Source: an uncultured Thermoleophilaceae bacterium | Lineage (GTDB): Bacteria > Actinomycetota > Thermoleophilia > Solirubrobacterales > Thermoleophilaceae | Length of the DNA stretch: 64,000 bases | Reading direction: 5' to 3' | NCBI GenBank assembly: GCA_963814095.1 | Contig: CAWFBT010000016.1 | Coordinates: 32,000-95,999, forward strand | Shown: in pieces, positions 7,150 through 17,184 of the stretch | Layout of the letters: every line of letters begins with the position of its first letter | How positions within the stretch are numbered: the first letter of the stretch is position 1 | Position numbers and translations under genes: made by a program | The notes under the pieces: generated by a model | Told to the model about the DNA's origin: nothing | What the model saw: the letters and a program-made list of their open reading frames with translations, nothing else | The model's database searches: none

Positions 7150-8963
7150 GCCGCGACGCGCAACACCGGGTAGGGCCCGCCGCTCGTCTGGAGCCGCCCC
7201 TCGTCGAGGAGCTCGTCGACGCGCGCCAGGATGTCGGCGCGGCGCATGTGCGAGGAGCTGCCGTAACCCGGAAGCCCGTCGTACGAGTTGCGTTGGATCT
7301 TCTTGCTGCGCGAGCCGTGCAGGATCTCCGCGCAGGTGGTTCGCCCGACCGCCGGCCGCGCCCTCGTCGCCACGGCGATGATCGCGTCGTCCAGCCCCGC
7401 GATCTCGACCGGGTCCGGCGGCGGCGCGACCACCCGGAGCGCCGGGTCGCAGACGTCGCAGCAGCCCGCTGCCGCTGCGGGCGGCTCGGAGCGGTCGCCG
7501 AAGTGGCGCAGGATCGCGAGCCGCCGGCAGCTCTCCTGCTCTACATACGCCCAGATCTCGCGGTACTGACGCCAGCGGGACCGTGCGCCCTCCTCGATCG
7601 AGGCGCGGCACAGCGCCGCCGCGCGGCCGTCGTAGCGGCTCGACACCTTCCCGGCGATCCGGTCCGGCGCCGACGGCGAGGGCGCGATCATCCCCGCGCG
7701 CGTGAGGTGGCCGACGAGCGCGCGCAGGCGCTCGCCGTCTCCGCGTAGCGCCCGCGCCTCGGCGACCGCGTCGAGGGCGTAGCGGCCGTCGCCGTCCGCC
7801 GCCGCCGTGATCCGGTCGGCGAGCCAGCCCGGCAGGTCGGCGTCCATCTCCTCACGCTTGATGAAGTGGACGTGCAGCGCGCGGTCGCGGTTCTCGGCGA
7901 GCAGCAGAGCGCGGGCCGGGAGGCCGTCGCGCCCGGCGCGGCCCGCCTCCTGGTAGTAGGCCTCGAGCGACGACGGCACGCTCGCGTGCACCACCGTGCG
8001 CACGTTCGGCTTGTCGACGCCCATCCCGAACGCGTTGGTCGCGCAGATGACATCCAGGTCGTCACGGAGGAAGCGGCGCTGCACCTCGGCGCGGCGGCCG
8101 CGGTCGAGCCCCGCGTGGTAGGCCGCGGCCTCGACGCCGAGCGCGGCACTCAGCTCGCGGGCGCGCTCCTCCGATCCAGCGCGCGTGCCGGCATAGACGA
8201 TGGCCGGGCGGGCGTCCTCCGGCCGCAGCGCCTCGATCAGGAGCCGCCCCTTCTCGTGACCGCCGGGCCGCGCCACGCTGAACGAGATGTTCGGGCGGTC
8301 GAAGCCGGTGGCCACCTGAAGCGGATCGCGCAGCCCCAGCCGGCGCACGACGTCGGCCGCCACTCGCGGTGTGGCCGTTGCCGTGGACGCGACGAGCGCG
8401 GATGCCGACAAGGCGCGGGCGGCGTCGGCCAGCCGGAAGTAGTCCGGCCGGAAGTCGTGGCCCCACTGCGAGACGCAATGCGCCTCGTCCACCACGAACA
8501 GGCCCACGCGCACGCTCGCTCGCATGCGCTCGAGGAAGCCCGGCGCCGCGAAGCGCTCGGGCGCCACGTATAGGAGGCGCAGTTCGCCGCCCGCGGCGCG
8601 GGCGAGCACCTCCGCGTTGCGGCTCGCGTCCTGCTGGGCGTTGACGAGCGCGACCTGCGCGCCGAGCCCGCGTGCCGCGAGTGCCTCGACCTGGTCCTGC
8701 ATCAGAGCGACGAGCGGCGAGACGACGACCGTCAGGTCGTCCCGCAGGAGCGCCGGCAGCTGGTAGCAGAGCGACTTGCCCGAGCCGGTCGGCATCACGA
8801 CCATCACGTCGCGCCCCGCGAGCGCCGCCTCGCACGCCTCGCGCTGGCCCGGGCGGAAGTCGGGGAAGCCGAAGTGGGTGCGCAGCGCAGCGGTCAGGTC
8901 CATGAGCGGAAGCGGATCCACACTAGCGCCGCTCGCGGAGGGAGCGGCCGGGCCTTTGCACAC
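7146..8963 (-). CDS. recQ: ATP-dependent DNA helicase RecQ
   Basis: 605 aa with FRPGQREA, MPTGSGKSLCYQLPA, VVDEAHCVSQWGHDFRPDY, a zinc-binding/RQC region and an HRDC-like C-terminus. The alternative start MDLTAAL at 8903 is equally plausible. Confidence 0.9.
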   Translation of the reverse strand: MCKGPAAPSASGASVDPLPLMDLTAALRTHFGFPDFRPGQREACEAALAGRDVMVVMPTGSGKSLCYQLPALLRDDLTVVVSPLVALMQDQVEALAARGLGAQVALVNAQQDASRNAEVLARAAGGELRLLYVAPERFAAPGFLERMRASVRVGLFVVDEAHCVSQWGHDFRPDYFRLADAARALSASALVASTATATPRVAADVVRRLGLRDPLQVATGFDRPNISFSVARPGGHEKGRLLIEALRPEDARPAIVYAGTRAGSEERARELSAALGVEAAAYHAGLDRGRRAEVQRRFLRDDLDVICATNAFGMGVDKPNVRTVVHASVPSSLEAYYQEAGRAGRDGLPARALLLAENRDRALHVHFIKREEMDADLPGWLADRITAAADGDGRYALDAVAEARALRGDGERLRALVGHLTRAGMIAPSPSAPDRIAGKVSSRYDGRAAALCRASIEEGARSRWRQYREIWAYVEQESCRRLAILRHFGDRSEPPAAAAGCCDVCDPALRVVAPPPDPVEIAGLDDAIIAVATRARPAVGRTTCAEILHGSRSKKIQRNSYDGLPGYGSSSHMRRADILARVDELLDEGRLQTSGGPYPVLRVAA

Positions 8964-9023
8964 CTGTTACGCAGGTCGCAGAGAAGTTACGAACGCGGCG
9001 CTTGCCAGCCGCCCGCCCCGCAT

Positions 9024-9069
9024 CGATTGAAGGCTTTGCGGGGGCCCAACCACCCAAATCCTTCAATCG
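9024..9069. repeat. AT-rich palindromic intergenic element, copy A
   Basis: Perfect 10-bp arms CGATTGAAGG / CCTTCAATCG around a 26-nt spacer containing GCGGGGGCC. It lies just downstream of the purF stop. A related copy is at 51526..51567. Confidence 0.5.
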
Positions 9070-9078
9070 GTCGGAGCG

Positions 9079-10509
9079 TCAGCGGCGCAGCACGGCGAGC
9101 TCCTCGAGCGCGAACTTGCCGTTGGCAGCGGAGCTGCGCTCGAGCGGGTACTCGCCGGAGAAGCAGGCGTCGCAGTGGGTCTCGCGCGTCGAGCGGATCG
9201 CCTCGTAGATGCCCTCGAGCGACAGGTAGCGCAGCGAGTCGCAGCCGAGCTCCTCGGCCACCTCGTCGGGAGTGCGGCCGTGGGCGACCATCTCCTGCGT
9301 CGTCGACATGTCGATGCCGTAGTGGCACGGGTGGCGGATCGGCGGCGCCGAGATGCGCATGTGTATCTCGAGCGCGCCCGCGTCGCGCAGCATCTGAACG
9401 ATCTGGCGAGTCGTGTTGCCGCGCACGATCGAGTCGTCGACGACGACGAGCCGCTTGCCCTCGACCACCTCGCGCAGCGGGTTGAACTTCATCCGCAGGC
9501 CGTGCCGGCGCAGCTCCTGGCCGGGCTGGATGAACGTGCGCGCCACGTAGCGGTTCTTGATCAGCCCGTCGTCGCGCGGGATGCCGGACGCCTTCGAGTA
9601 GCCCGAGGCCGCGGGGTTGCCCGAATCGGGAACCGCGATCACGACGTCGGCGTCGACGGGCGCCTCGCGCCAGAGGATCTCGCCCATCTTGCGGCGCGAG
9701 ACCTGCGTGCGGTTGCCCTCCAGGATCGAGTCGGGGCGCGCGAAGTAGATGTGCTCGAAGACGCAGAAGGCGCGCCGCTCGGATTCGACGAGCTGGCGCG
9801 TCTCGATCCCGCCCTTGCCCAGCGAGATCATCTCGCCGGGCTGCACCTCGCGCAGGAGCTGGGCGCCGATGATGTCGAGCGCGCAGCTCTCCGACGCAAC
9901 GCAGTAGTGCTCTCCGACCATGCCTAGGGCGAGCGGGCGCAATCCGGCCGGGTCGCGGAAGGCGACGACCGCCTCCTTCGTCATCACGACTGTCGAGAAG
10001 GCTCCCTCGAGCCGCGGCATCACGTCCGCGAGCGCGTCCTCGATGCCCTCGGCCTCGTGCGTCGACAGCAGCGCCGCGATGATCTCGGAATCGGAGGTGC
10101 CGCGGAACTGGACGCCGCGCTCGCTCAGCTCGGCGTGCAGCTCGACCGCGTTGGTGAGGTTGCCGTTGTGCGCGAGCGCGACCTGGCGGCGGTCGGAGCG
10201 CCAGACCGGCTGGGCGTTCTCCCAGGCCGAGGAGCCGGTCGTCGAGTAGCGCACGTGCCCAACCGCCATCTCGCCCTGGAGGGCGCGCAGCTTCTCCTCG
10301 TCGAACACCTGTGAGACGAGCCCGACGTCGCGCACGGTCATGATCTGACTGCGCTCGCAGACCGCGATGCCCGCCGACTCCTGCCCGCGGTGCTGGAGCG
10401 CGAACAGGGAGAAGTAGGCGAGGCGGGCGACGTCCATGTCGGGCGCGTAGACGCCGAAGACGCCGCACTCGTCGCGAGGTCCGTCGCGATGGTCGAGCTC
10501 AGGGTTCAT
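9079..10509 (-). CDS. purF: Amidophosphoribosyltransferase
   Basis: Inner ATG (MNPELDHRDGPRDECGVFGVY…) places the nucleophile Cys after a short propeptide. PRPP loop VVVDDSIVRGNT is present. The upstream 123 codons of the track ORF are low-complexity read-through. Confidence 0.93.
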   Translation of the reverse strand: MNPELDHRDGPRDECGVFGVYAPDMDVARLAYFSLFALQHRGQESAGIAVCERSQIMTVRDVGLVSQVFDEEKLRALQGEMAVGHVRYSTTGSSAWENAQPVWRSDRRQVALAHNGNLTNAVELHAELSERGVQFRGTSDSEIIAALLSTHEAEGIEDALADVMPRLEGAFSTVVMTKEAVVAFRDPAGLRPLALGMVGEHYCVASESCALDIIGAQLLREVQPGEMISLGKGGIETRQLVESERRAFCVFEHIYFARPDSILEGNRTQVSRRKMGEILWREAPVDADVVIAVPDSGNPAASGYSKASGIPRDDGLIKNRYVARTFIQPGQELRRHGLRMKFNPLREVVEGKRLVVVDDSIVRGNTTRQIVQMLRDAGALEIHMRISAPPIRHPCHYGIDMSTTQEMVAHGRTPDEVAEELGCDSLRYLSLEGIYEAIRSTRETHCDACFSGEYPLERSSAANGKFALEELAVLRR

Positions 10510-10621
10510 CTCAGGGGCGGCAGGCGACCGATGCGGAGTCCCGAGACCGCCGGCGGGCGTGGTCCCTGCCACCGGTTCGAGGGTACCAGCGGGGGCCGTC
10601 GGCTCCCGGCCGCTCCGCGCG

Positions 10622-11101
10622 CTACGAGCCGACGCAGGCGCCGGCGCCGATCTCGCGCGCGTACTTGTCGGAAGCGGTGTTCTCCAGCGACTGGAGCTTG
10701 GACGCCGCGTCCTCGACGGCCTGCTGGTCCTTCTCCTTGACGGCGTCGCGGAGGTCCTCGATCGCCGGGGCGAGCTTGTCCTCGAACTCCTGCTTGAACC
10801 CCTCGACGAACTTGGTCGCGGTCTCGCCGTCGGCGCCCTCGGGGCGCTGGAGGTTGACGAGCTCGTCGGCCGCCTCACGCGAACGGTTCAACCCCTTGCT
10901 GAGCACGGCCGAGAGTTCCTCCGGGCTGCTCGCGTCCTGGCCGATCTGCTCGAGCTCCTTTTCGGCTTCGCGGCAGATCTGCTCAGCGTTCTTCGCGAAC
11001 TCCTGCTTGGACGGAGCGTCGCCGCCGCTGTCGTCGTCGCCGCCGCAGGCAGCGAGACCGACGCCGAACAGCAGCACGGTGATGCACGCAAGGCGGGTCA
11101 T
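10622..11101 (-). CDS. Lipoprotein of unknown function (helical, acidic)
   Basis: Inner ATG gives MTRLACITVLLFGVGLAACGGDDDSGG, a signal peptide plus lipobox LAAC. Sits between purL and purF. Confidence 0.7.
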   Translation of the reverse strand: MTRLACITVLLFGVGLAACGGDDDSGGDAPSKQEFAKNAEQICREAEKELEQIGQDASSPEELSAVLSKGLNRSREAADELVNLQRPEGADGETATKFVEGFKQEFEDKLAPAIEDLRDAVKEKDQQAVEDAASKLQSLENTASDKYAREIGAGACVGS

Positions 11102-11193
11102 GGCCCCGCCAGTACCCCGATCGCGCGCTTCTACTCGGACAGATGTCCGGACCTCTGGGGCCACGATCGCTCCGGGGCGCCCGTTCGGATGGG

Positions 11194-13365
11194 TCAGGTC
11201 AAGGCCGCGGGTATCGCGCCCTCGTACACCTCGCGCAGGCGCGCCACCGGAACCGCCGCCGCGCCGGCGATCTCGAGCACGTCGCCGCCCACCTCTCCGA
11301 TCATCACAGCACCGGGGAGCGCCTCGACCAGCGCGCGCGGGCCGGACACGACGACACCGCCGGGACCCTCGCCGAAGAGCGCCCCCTCGTCCGCCGCTGA
11401 CAGCTGAATGCGAGCGCCGATCCCGCCCTCGATGCAGCACTCGGCGAGCGCGACGGCGAGCCCGCCGTCGCTGACGTCATGAGCGCCCGCCACGGCGCCG
11501 GCGCGCACGGCTTCGCGCACTGCCTCGAGCGCCGCCGCGTGCTCGGCGAGGTCGACGGCCGGGAGCCCCTGCGCGAGCCGCCCGCGCAGCTTCTCGAGCT
11601 CGCTTCCCTCGAGCGCGGGCGCGAACGGCCCGAGCAGCGCTACCGCGTGACCCTCCTCGGCGAAGCCCGCGCCGGGGGCGCGCTCCGGGTCGGGCAGCTT
11701 GCCGACCATGCCGACGATCGGCGTCGGGTAGATCGGACCGCCGCCGCCCTCGTTGTAGAGCGACACGTTCCCACCGACCACCGGCACGCCCAGGGCGAGG
11801 CAGGCGTCGCGCAGGCCCTCGACCGCGCGCTCGAGCTGCCAGGCGATGTGCGGCTTCTCGGGGTTGCCGAAGTTCAGGCAGTTGGTGAGCCCGAGCGGCT
11901 CGGCGCCCACGCAGGCGAGGTTGCGGGCGCACTCGAGGACGGCCTCGACGGCGCCCGTGTAGGGGTCGCCGGCGACGCGCCGCCCGTTTCCGTCGATCGA
12001 GACCGCGAGCGCGCCGCTGCCGCCGTCGCCGCCGAGCATCAGGACGGCCGCATCGGATGTGCCCGGCCGGCGCGCCGTGCGCGAGCCGACGATCGAGTCG
12101 TACTGCTCGAAGACGTGGCGCTTCGAGGCGATGTTCGGGGAGCCGAGCAGGGCGAGCAGCGTCTCCTCGGGCGAGCTGTCCGGCGCGAGGCGCACCGGCG
12201 GCTCCGCGTAGAGCGGCCCCTCGGGCTCGATCGGATCGAGGTCGTAGAGCGGGCAGTCGTCGACGAGCGCCTCGACGGGCATGTCGCCGACGAGCTCGTC
12301 CCCGTCGAACACCCGCAGGTGGCGCGTGTCCGTGACCTCGCCGATCGGCGTGGCGCGCACCTCCCAGCGCGCGCACAGGTCGAGCACGTCCCCCAGCCGC
12401 GCCGGCTCGACCACGCACAGCATCCGCTCCTGCGACTCCGAGATCATGATCTCGAAGGGCTCCATGTCGTCCTCGCGCAGCGGCACCCGTGACACGTCGA
12501 TGTCGAGACCGACCTCGCCCTTCGATGCCATCTCGGACGACGACGACGAGAGGCCCGCGGCGCCGAGGTCCTGCAGCGAGCGCAGCAGCCCGCGCTCGAG
12601 CAGCTCGAGGCAGCACTCGACGAGCTTCGACTCCTCGAACGGGTCGCCGATCTGCACGCTCGGACGCTTCGAGGCATCCTCCTCGGAGAGCTCGGCGCTG
12701 GCCAGCACCGACGCGCCGCCGATGCCGTCGCGGCCGGTGCGCGCCCCGAGCAGCACGAGCGGGTTGCCGACGCCTGCAGCCGCGCTGCGGATCAGGTCGT
12801 CATGGCGCGCGAGTCCGACGCACATCGCGTTGACGAGGCAGTTCTGCTCGTAGGCGGGCTCGAACATCACCTCGCCGCCGACCGTAGGCACGCCGATCGA
12901 GTTGCCGTAGTGGCCGATGCCCTTGACGGCGCCCTCGAACAGGTAGCGCGAGCGCGCCGAGTCGAGCTCGCCGAAGCGCAGCGAGTCGAGCACCGCGATC
13001 GGGCGCGCCCCGACCGCGAAGATGTCACGCAGGATCCCGCCGACGCCGGTCGCGGCGCCCTGGAACGGCTCGACGGCGCTCGGGTGGTTGTGCGACTCGA
13101 CCTTGAAGGCCACCGCGAGCCCGTCGCCCGCGTCGACCACGCCGGCGTTCTCGCCGGGGCCCATCAGCAGGTGCGGCCCTTCCGTGGGCAGCAGGCGCAG
13201 CAGCTTCTTCGAGTGCTTGTAGGCGCAGTGCTCGGACCACATGAGCGAGAAGACCGCCAGCTCGAGCGCGTTCGGTTCACGGCCCAGGCGTGCGCAGATC
13301 CCCTCGTACTCCGAGTCGGTGAGGCCGAGCTCGCGATGTCGGGCGGCGGGAGCCGCGTGGCTCAC
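11194..13365 (-). CDS. purL: Phosphoribosylformylglycinamidine synthase subunit II
   Basis: 723 aa with clear PurL-type AIR-synthase-related repeats (…[12 protein letters not shown]…). The start overlaps the purQ stop. Confidence 0.95.
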   Translation of the reverse strand: MSHAAPAARHRELGLTDSEYEGICARLGREPNALELAVFSLMWSEHCAYKHSKKLLRLLPTEGPHLLMGPGENAGVVDAGDGLAVAFKVESHNHPSAVEPFQGAATGVGGILRDIFAVGARPIAVLDSLRFGELDSARSRYLFEGAVKGIGHYGNSIGVPTVGGEVMFEPAYEQNCLVNAMCVGLARHDDLIRSAAAGVGNPLVLLGARTGRDGIGGASVLASAELSEEDASKRPSVQIGDPFEESKLVECCLELLERGLLRSLQDLGAAGLSSSSSEMASKGEVGLDIDVSRVPLREDDMEPFEIMISESQERMLCVVEPARLGDVLDLCARWEVRATPIGEVTDTRHLRVFDGDELVGDMPVEALVDDCPLYDLDPIEPEGPLYAEPPVRLAPDSSPEETLLALLGSPNIASKRHVFEQYDSIVGSRTARRPGTSDAAVLMLGGDGGSGALAVSIDGNGRRVAGDPYTGAVEAVLECARNLACVGAEPLGLTNCLNFGNPEKPHIAWQLERAVEGLRDACLALGVPVVGGNVSLYNEGGGGPIYPTPIVGMVGKLPDPERAPGAGFAEEGHAVALLGPFAPALEGSELEKLRGRLAQGLPAVDLAEHAAALEAVREAVRAGAVAGAHDVSDGGLAVALAECCIEGGIGARIQLSAADEGALFGEGPGGVVVSGPRALVEALPGAVMIGEVGGDVLEIAGAAAVPVARLREVYEGAIPAALT

Positions 13366-14012
13366 GCGGGGACCATTGCGAGCGATTCAAACAGCCGCCC
13401 GCCATCGGCCGATCCGGTGAGCGGGTCGACAGCGTGCTCGGGGTGCGGCATGAGGCCCATCACGTTGCGGCCGGCGTTGCAGACGCCGGCGATGTCGTCC
13501 ATGGCGCCGTTCGGGTTCTGCCCCGCTGCGTAGCGGAGCACGATCTGGTCCTCCGGGAGCGTGCCGGGCGGCGCGAAGTAGCGGCCGGTCGTGTGCTTGA
13601 CCGGGATCGAGAGGCGCTCGCCGGGCTGACAGGTGCGCGTGAACGGGGTGTCGGTGGCCTCGACGACGACCTCGACCTGCCGGCAGACGAAGCGCAGCGA
13701 ATCGTTCGGCAGGAGCGCCCCCGGAAGCAGACCCGCCTCGCACAGCACCTGGAAGCCGTTGCAGATCCCGAACACGGGGCCGCCGTTCTCGGCGAAGTCG
13801 ATGACCGCCTCCATCATCGGCGAGAAGCGGGCGATGGCGCCGACACGCAGGTAGTCGCCGTAGGAGAAGCCCCCCGGCACCACCACGGCGTCGATGCCGG
13901 AGAGGTCCCGGTCGCCGTGCCAGAGCAGCTCGCCTTCGGCGAAGCGACGGCAGGCATGCAGAGCATCGACCTCGTCGCAGGAGCCCGGGAAGCGGACGAC
14001 ACCAAACCTCAA
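13362..14012 (-). CDS. purQ: Phosphoribosylformylglycinamidine synthase subunit I (glutaminase)
   Basis: TTG start ([16 protein letters not shown]…GICNGFQ…MPHPEH) overlaps the purS stop as TTGA. The catalytic Cys is in GICNGFQ. Confidence 0.9.
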   Translation of the reverse strand: MRFGVVRFPGSCDEVDALHACRRFAEGELLWHGDRDLSGIDAVVVPGGFSYGDYLRVGAIARFSPMMEAVIDFAENGGPVFGICNGFQVLCEAGLLPGALLPNDSLRFVCRQVEVVVEATDTPFTRTCQPGERLSIPVKHTTGRYFAPPGTLPEDQIVLRYAAGQNPNGAMDDIAGVCNAGRNVMGLMPHPEHAVDPLTGSADGGRLFESLAMVPA

Positions 14013-14239
14013 GCCGCCTCGTCCTCCTCGATTTCGTAGTCCTCGATCAACGGATTGGCAAGCAGTCGCTCGCACATCTCAGGAAGCCTTCCCGCGTCCT
14101 CCACGTCCAACTCGATCAGCCGGCCGACATGGACGTTTTGCACTCCCTCGAAGCCGAGGGCGGGCAGCGCCCGTTCAACGGCTTGGCCCTGTGGATCGAG
14201 GATGCCCGCCTTTGGGCGAATCAACACTCGCGCCCTCAT
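14009..14239 (-). CDS. purS: FGAM synthase subunit PurS
   Basis: Inner ATG (MRARVLIRPKAGILDPQGQAVERAL…) overlaps the purC stop as ATGA. 76 aa, typical PurS size. Confidence 0.9.
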   Translation of the reverse strand: MRARVLIRPKAGILDPQGQAVERALPALGFEGVQNVHVGRLIELDVEDAGRLPEMCERLLANPLIEDYEIEEDEAA

Positions 14240-15150
14240 CCCGAGGAGCGCTCCAGCCAGTTCTTGAAGGGCTCGCCCGAGATCCACTCATAGGCCTCGA
14301 CGTAGCGCGCGCGGGTGCCCTCGACGACGTCATCGGGGAGCGCCGGGGCCGGCGGGCGCTTGTCCCAGCCCGAGCCCGAGGCCCAGTCGCGCACGTATTG
14401 CTTGTCGAAGCTCGGCTGGCCGTGGCCGGGCTCGTAGCCGTCGGCAGGCCAGAAGCGCGACGAGTCCGGCGTGAGCACCTCGTCACCGAGCACGATCGTG
14501 CCGTCGCGGCGCCGGCCGAACTCGAACTTGGTGTCGGCCAAGATGATCCCGCGCTCACGGGCGTGGGCGGCACCGTGTTCGTAGATGGCTATCGAGAGGC
14601 GGCGCAGCTCCTCGAGGAGAGCGCGGTCCCCGACGATCTCGGCGGCGCGGTCGAAGTCGACGTTCTCGTCGTGGTCGCCGATGTCAGCCTTCGTCGCGGG
14701 CGTGAAGATCGGCTCGGGGAGCTGCTCGGACTCCGAGAGCCCGGCCGGCAGCTCGATCCCGCAGACGGCTCCGCTCGCCTGGTAGTCCTTCCAGCCCGAG
14801 CCGGTGATGTAGCCGCGCACGACGCATTCGACGGGCACCATCTCGAGCCGCTCGACCAGCATCGCGCGCCCGGCGAACTCCACCGGGACCTCCCTGTAGG
14901 AGACGAGGTGGTTGGCGCAGACGTCTCCCAGCTGCTCGAGCCAGAACGCGGTCAGGCCTGTGAGCACCTTGCCCTTGTCCGGGATCGGCGTCGGGTGCAC
15001 GACGTCATAGGTCGAGATGCGGTCGGAGGCCACAAGCAGCAGGCGATCCTCGCCCACGGCGTAGATATCCCTCACCTTCCCGCTGGTCAGGTGCGTCAGC
15101 GCGGCGGCGTCGCTCACTACGGCCGAATGTATCAACGGTTCCCGACCCAT
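14236..15150 (-). CDS. purC: SAICAR synthetase
   Basis: 304 aa. …GKVRDIYAVGEDRLLLVASDRISTYD… is the long (actinobacterial/yeast-like) PurC form. Confidence 0.95.
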   Translation of the reverse strand: MGREPLIHSAVVSDAAALTHLTSGKVRDIYAVGEDRLLLVASDRISTYDVVHPTPIPDKGKVLTGLTAFWLEQLGDVCANHLVSYREVPVEFAGRAMLVERLEMVPVECVVRGYITGSGWKDYQASGAVCGIELPAGLSESEQLPEPIFTPATKADIGDHDENVDFDRAAEIVGDRALLEELRRLSIAIYEHGAAHARERGIILADTKFEFGRRRDGTIVLGDEVLTPDSSRFWPADGYEPGHGQPSFDKQYVRDWASGSGWDKRPPAPALPDDVVEGTRARYVEAYEWISGEPFKNWLERSSG

Positions 15151-15255
15151 TGGCGGCGAACATTGGCTGTAACCGCGCTGGTTACGCTAGTTTCCCCCCT
15201 GCGGGACCGTTGACAAGACGTGTTCCGCCCTTGGTCCCGGACTTCGAAAGCGCGC

Positions 15256-17184
15256 ATGCCCTCAAGACGTTTTGTCGCCACCGTCGCGCTAGCAGCATCC
15301 CTGGTGGCGACAACCTCAGCTCTGGCCGCCCGAACCGCGTATGTCGCGGACGGCGATGGCGTGACCGCCCAGCTGATGGTCGGCGTCGGGGGCGCGCTCA
15401 CACCGCTTGGCGCGCCGGCGCTCACGGCGGAGTCGCCGCGGCGCCTGACGATGACCCCTGACGGGACGTCGCTCTACATCACGGCCGGAGCGCCCGGTCA
15501 CGGCGTCGTCCTCCAGTACGACGTGACCGCGAGCGGCGCTGCCACGCCCAAGGCGATCCCCTCCGTCAGGGCGGGGAAGAAGCCGACGGCTATCGCGATC
15601 GACCCGGCCGGCGAGACCCTCTACGTGGGCGACCAGGGCACCGACAACCTGCTCCAGTTCCACATCGGGCAGGGCGGCGCGCTCGAGCCGCTCGAGACGC
15701 GCACGCTGGCAGGCCCCCCCATCGGGCTCACGGTGGCGCCGGACGGGAAGCGCGCGTACCTGACCGTCGCTGGCTTCGTCAAGTGGATGGACGTCGGCGA
15801 GGACGGCGGCCTGGACGAGACGACGCTCGTCGGGCACCAGACGGGCGCGCTCCTCACGGACGTCGTTCTCACACCGGACGGCAAGCGCCTGTACGCGTCG
15901 AGCGTCGCGAGCGGCATCCTCGGCTTCGAGATCGCCGCCGACGGCTCGATCACGGCGCTCGACCCGGCCACCACCGCGACCGGCGCGAAGGTCACGTCGC
16001 TCGCGATCTCCGCTGACGGGAACAGCCTGTACGCCGCGGCTGCTGCCGGCCCGCCCAGCGGCAACCGCCTCCTGCAGTACACGATCGAGGACGACGGCGC
16101 CCTCACCGCGAAGGATCCGGCCAGCCAGCCGCTCGGCGCGGGCCCGCACGACCTGGCGATCACGCCGGACGGGCGCAGCCTGTACGTGGCCGCCGGCGAC
16201 CTGGCGCTCTTCGACCTCGACGCATCCGGGGTCGCCACCCCGAAGACTCCCGCGGCGGTCGACCTCGTCAAGGCGAACGGCGTCGTCGTGAGCCCGAACC
16301 AGGCGCCCGTCGCCAGCTTCGAGGCGGTGGGCGCGCCCGCGGGCAGCGCGGTCGTCTTCAATGCGGCCGGCGCGTCCGACCCGGACGGCTCGATCACCCG
16401 CTACGACTGGGACTTCGGCGACGGCAACACGCTTCAGAACGGCGGCCCGCAGGTCGCTCACGTCTTTGCGCAGCCGGGCTCCTACGAGGTGCGGCTCGTG
16501 GTCACGGACAACGAGGGCGCCTCGACGCTCACCACCTTCACAGGGACGTCGGTGCTCGGCAACGGCTCGCCCGCGGCCGCGACCTCGCGCGTCATCCAGA
16601 TCGCCGCAGCGGACCTGCCGCTGCCGCCTCCGATCGGGCCGGCTCAACCGCCCCGCCCGGAGCTCGGCGAGAGCGTGATCGTGGAGCCGGCCGGCGGCCG
16701 CGTGCTCGTGCGCCTACCCGGCGAGGAGAACTTCGTGAACCTGCGCACGCTGCAGGTGATCCCCATCGGCTCGCTGGTCGACGCGCGTCGCGGCAAGGCG
16801 CTCCTCAGCAGCGTCCGCGATCGCGGCGGCAGCGTCCAGCAGGGCCACTTCTCCCAGGGCCTGTTCCAGGTCCGCCAGCGCCGCTCCGAGCGCTACCTGA
16901 CGGAACTCGTGCTGCGCGGCAAGGTCGGCCCCTGCCCGCGTGGCACGCGCGCGAGCGCTGCGGCGCGATCGTCGCGGCGCCTCTGGGGCAACGGCAACGG
17001 CCGCTTCCGGACCCGCGGGCGCTACTCGTCGGGAGCCGTGCGCGGCACGCGCTGGCTCGTCGCCGACACCTGCGAGGGGACGCTGACGGTGGTGCGGCGC
17101 GGGCGCGTCGCGGTACGCGATTTCACCCGGGACCTGACGACGGTCCTCGAGAAGGGTGATCGCTACCTGGCCCGTCCCCGCTGA
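15256..17184 (+). CDS. Secreted beta-propeller (lactonase-like repeats) + PKD-domain protein
   Basis: Signal peptide MPSRRFVATVALAASLVATTSALA. Repeated ..PDG..LYV/YA.. blades. PKD signature ASDPDGSITRYDWDFGDG…YEVRLVVTDNEGAS. The start could also be 15220. Confidence 0.8.
   Translation: MPSRRFVATVALAASLVATTSALAARTAYVADGDGVTAQLMVGVGGALTPLGAPALTAESPRRLTMTPDGTSLYITAGAPGHGVVLQYDVTASGAATPKAIPSVRAGKKPTAIAIDPAGETLYVGDQGTDNLLQFHIGQGGALEPLETRTLAGPPIGLTVAPDGKRAYLTVAGFVKWMDVGEDGGLDETTLVGHQTGALLTDVVLTPDGKRLYASSVASGILGFEIAADGSITALDPATTATGAKVTSLAISADGNSLYAAAAAGPPSGNRLLQYTIEDDGALTAKDPASQPLGAGPHDLAITPDGRSLYVAAGDLALFDLDASGVATPKTPAAVDLVKANGVVVSPNQAPVASFEAVGAPAGSAVVFNAAGASDPDGSITRYDWDFGDGNTLQNGGPQVAHVFAQPGSYEVRLVVTDNEGASTLTTFTGTSVLGNGSPAAATSRVIQIAAADLPLPPPIGPAQPPRPELGESVIVEPAGGRVLVRLPGEENFVNLRTLQVIPIGSLVDARRGKALLSSVRDRGGSVQQGHFSQGLFQVRQRRSERYLTELVLRGKVGPCPRGTRASAAARSSRRLWGNGNGRFRTRGRYSSGAVRGTRWLVADTCEGTLTVVRRGRVAVRDFTRDLTTVLEKGDRYLARPR

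Noticed and set aside
6529-7611. Long N-terminal extensions of several track ORFs (purN to 7611, purF to 10878, purD to 24263, clpB to 29258, DUF1800 to 21903, DUF1501 to 19867, thiG to 60990, thiS to 61259)
   Set aside because: In each case the extension runs through the upstream gene or intergenic DNA. A conserved-looking N-terminus begins at an internal ATG/GTG/TTG that abuts or overlaps the upstream stop codon.
8987-12616. Long alternative-frame ORFs (8987..10468 -, 11477..12616 -, 11479..12492 +) over purF and purL
   Set aside because: They overlap genes of certain identity, and their extreme Arg/Gly/Ala content is characteristic of off-frame translation.
15151-15255. Purine or ZTP (pfl) riboswitch upstream of pur genes
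   Set aside because: I could not find the conserved ZTP elements (GGGUCGUGACUGGCG…CCGCCUGGGCA-like) or a purine aptamer three-way junction in any pur upstream region.
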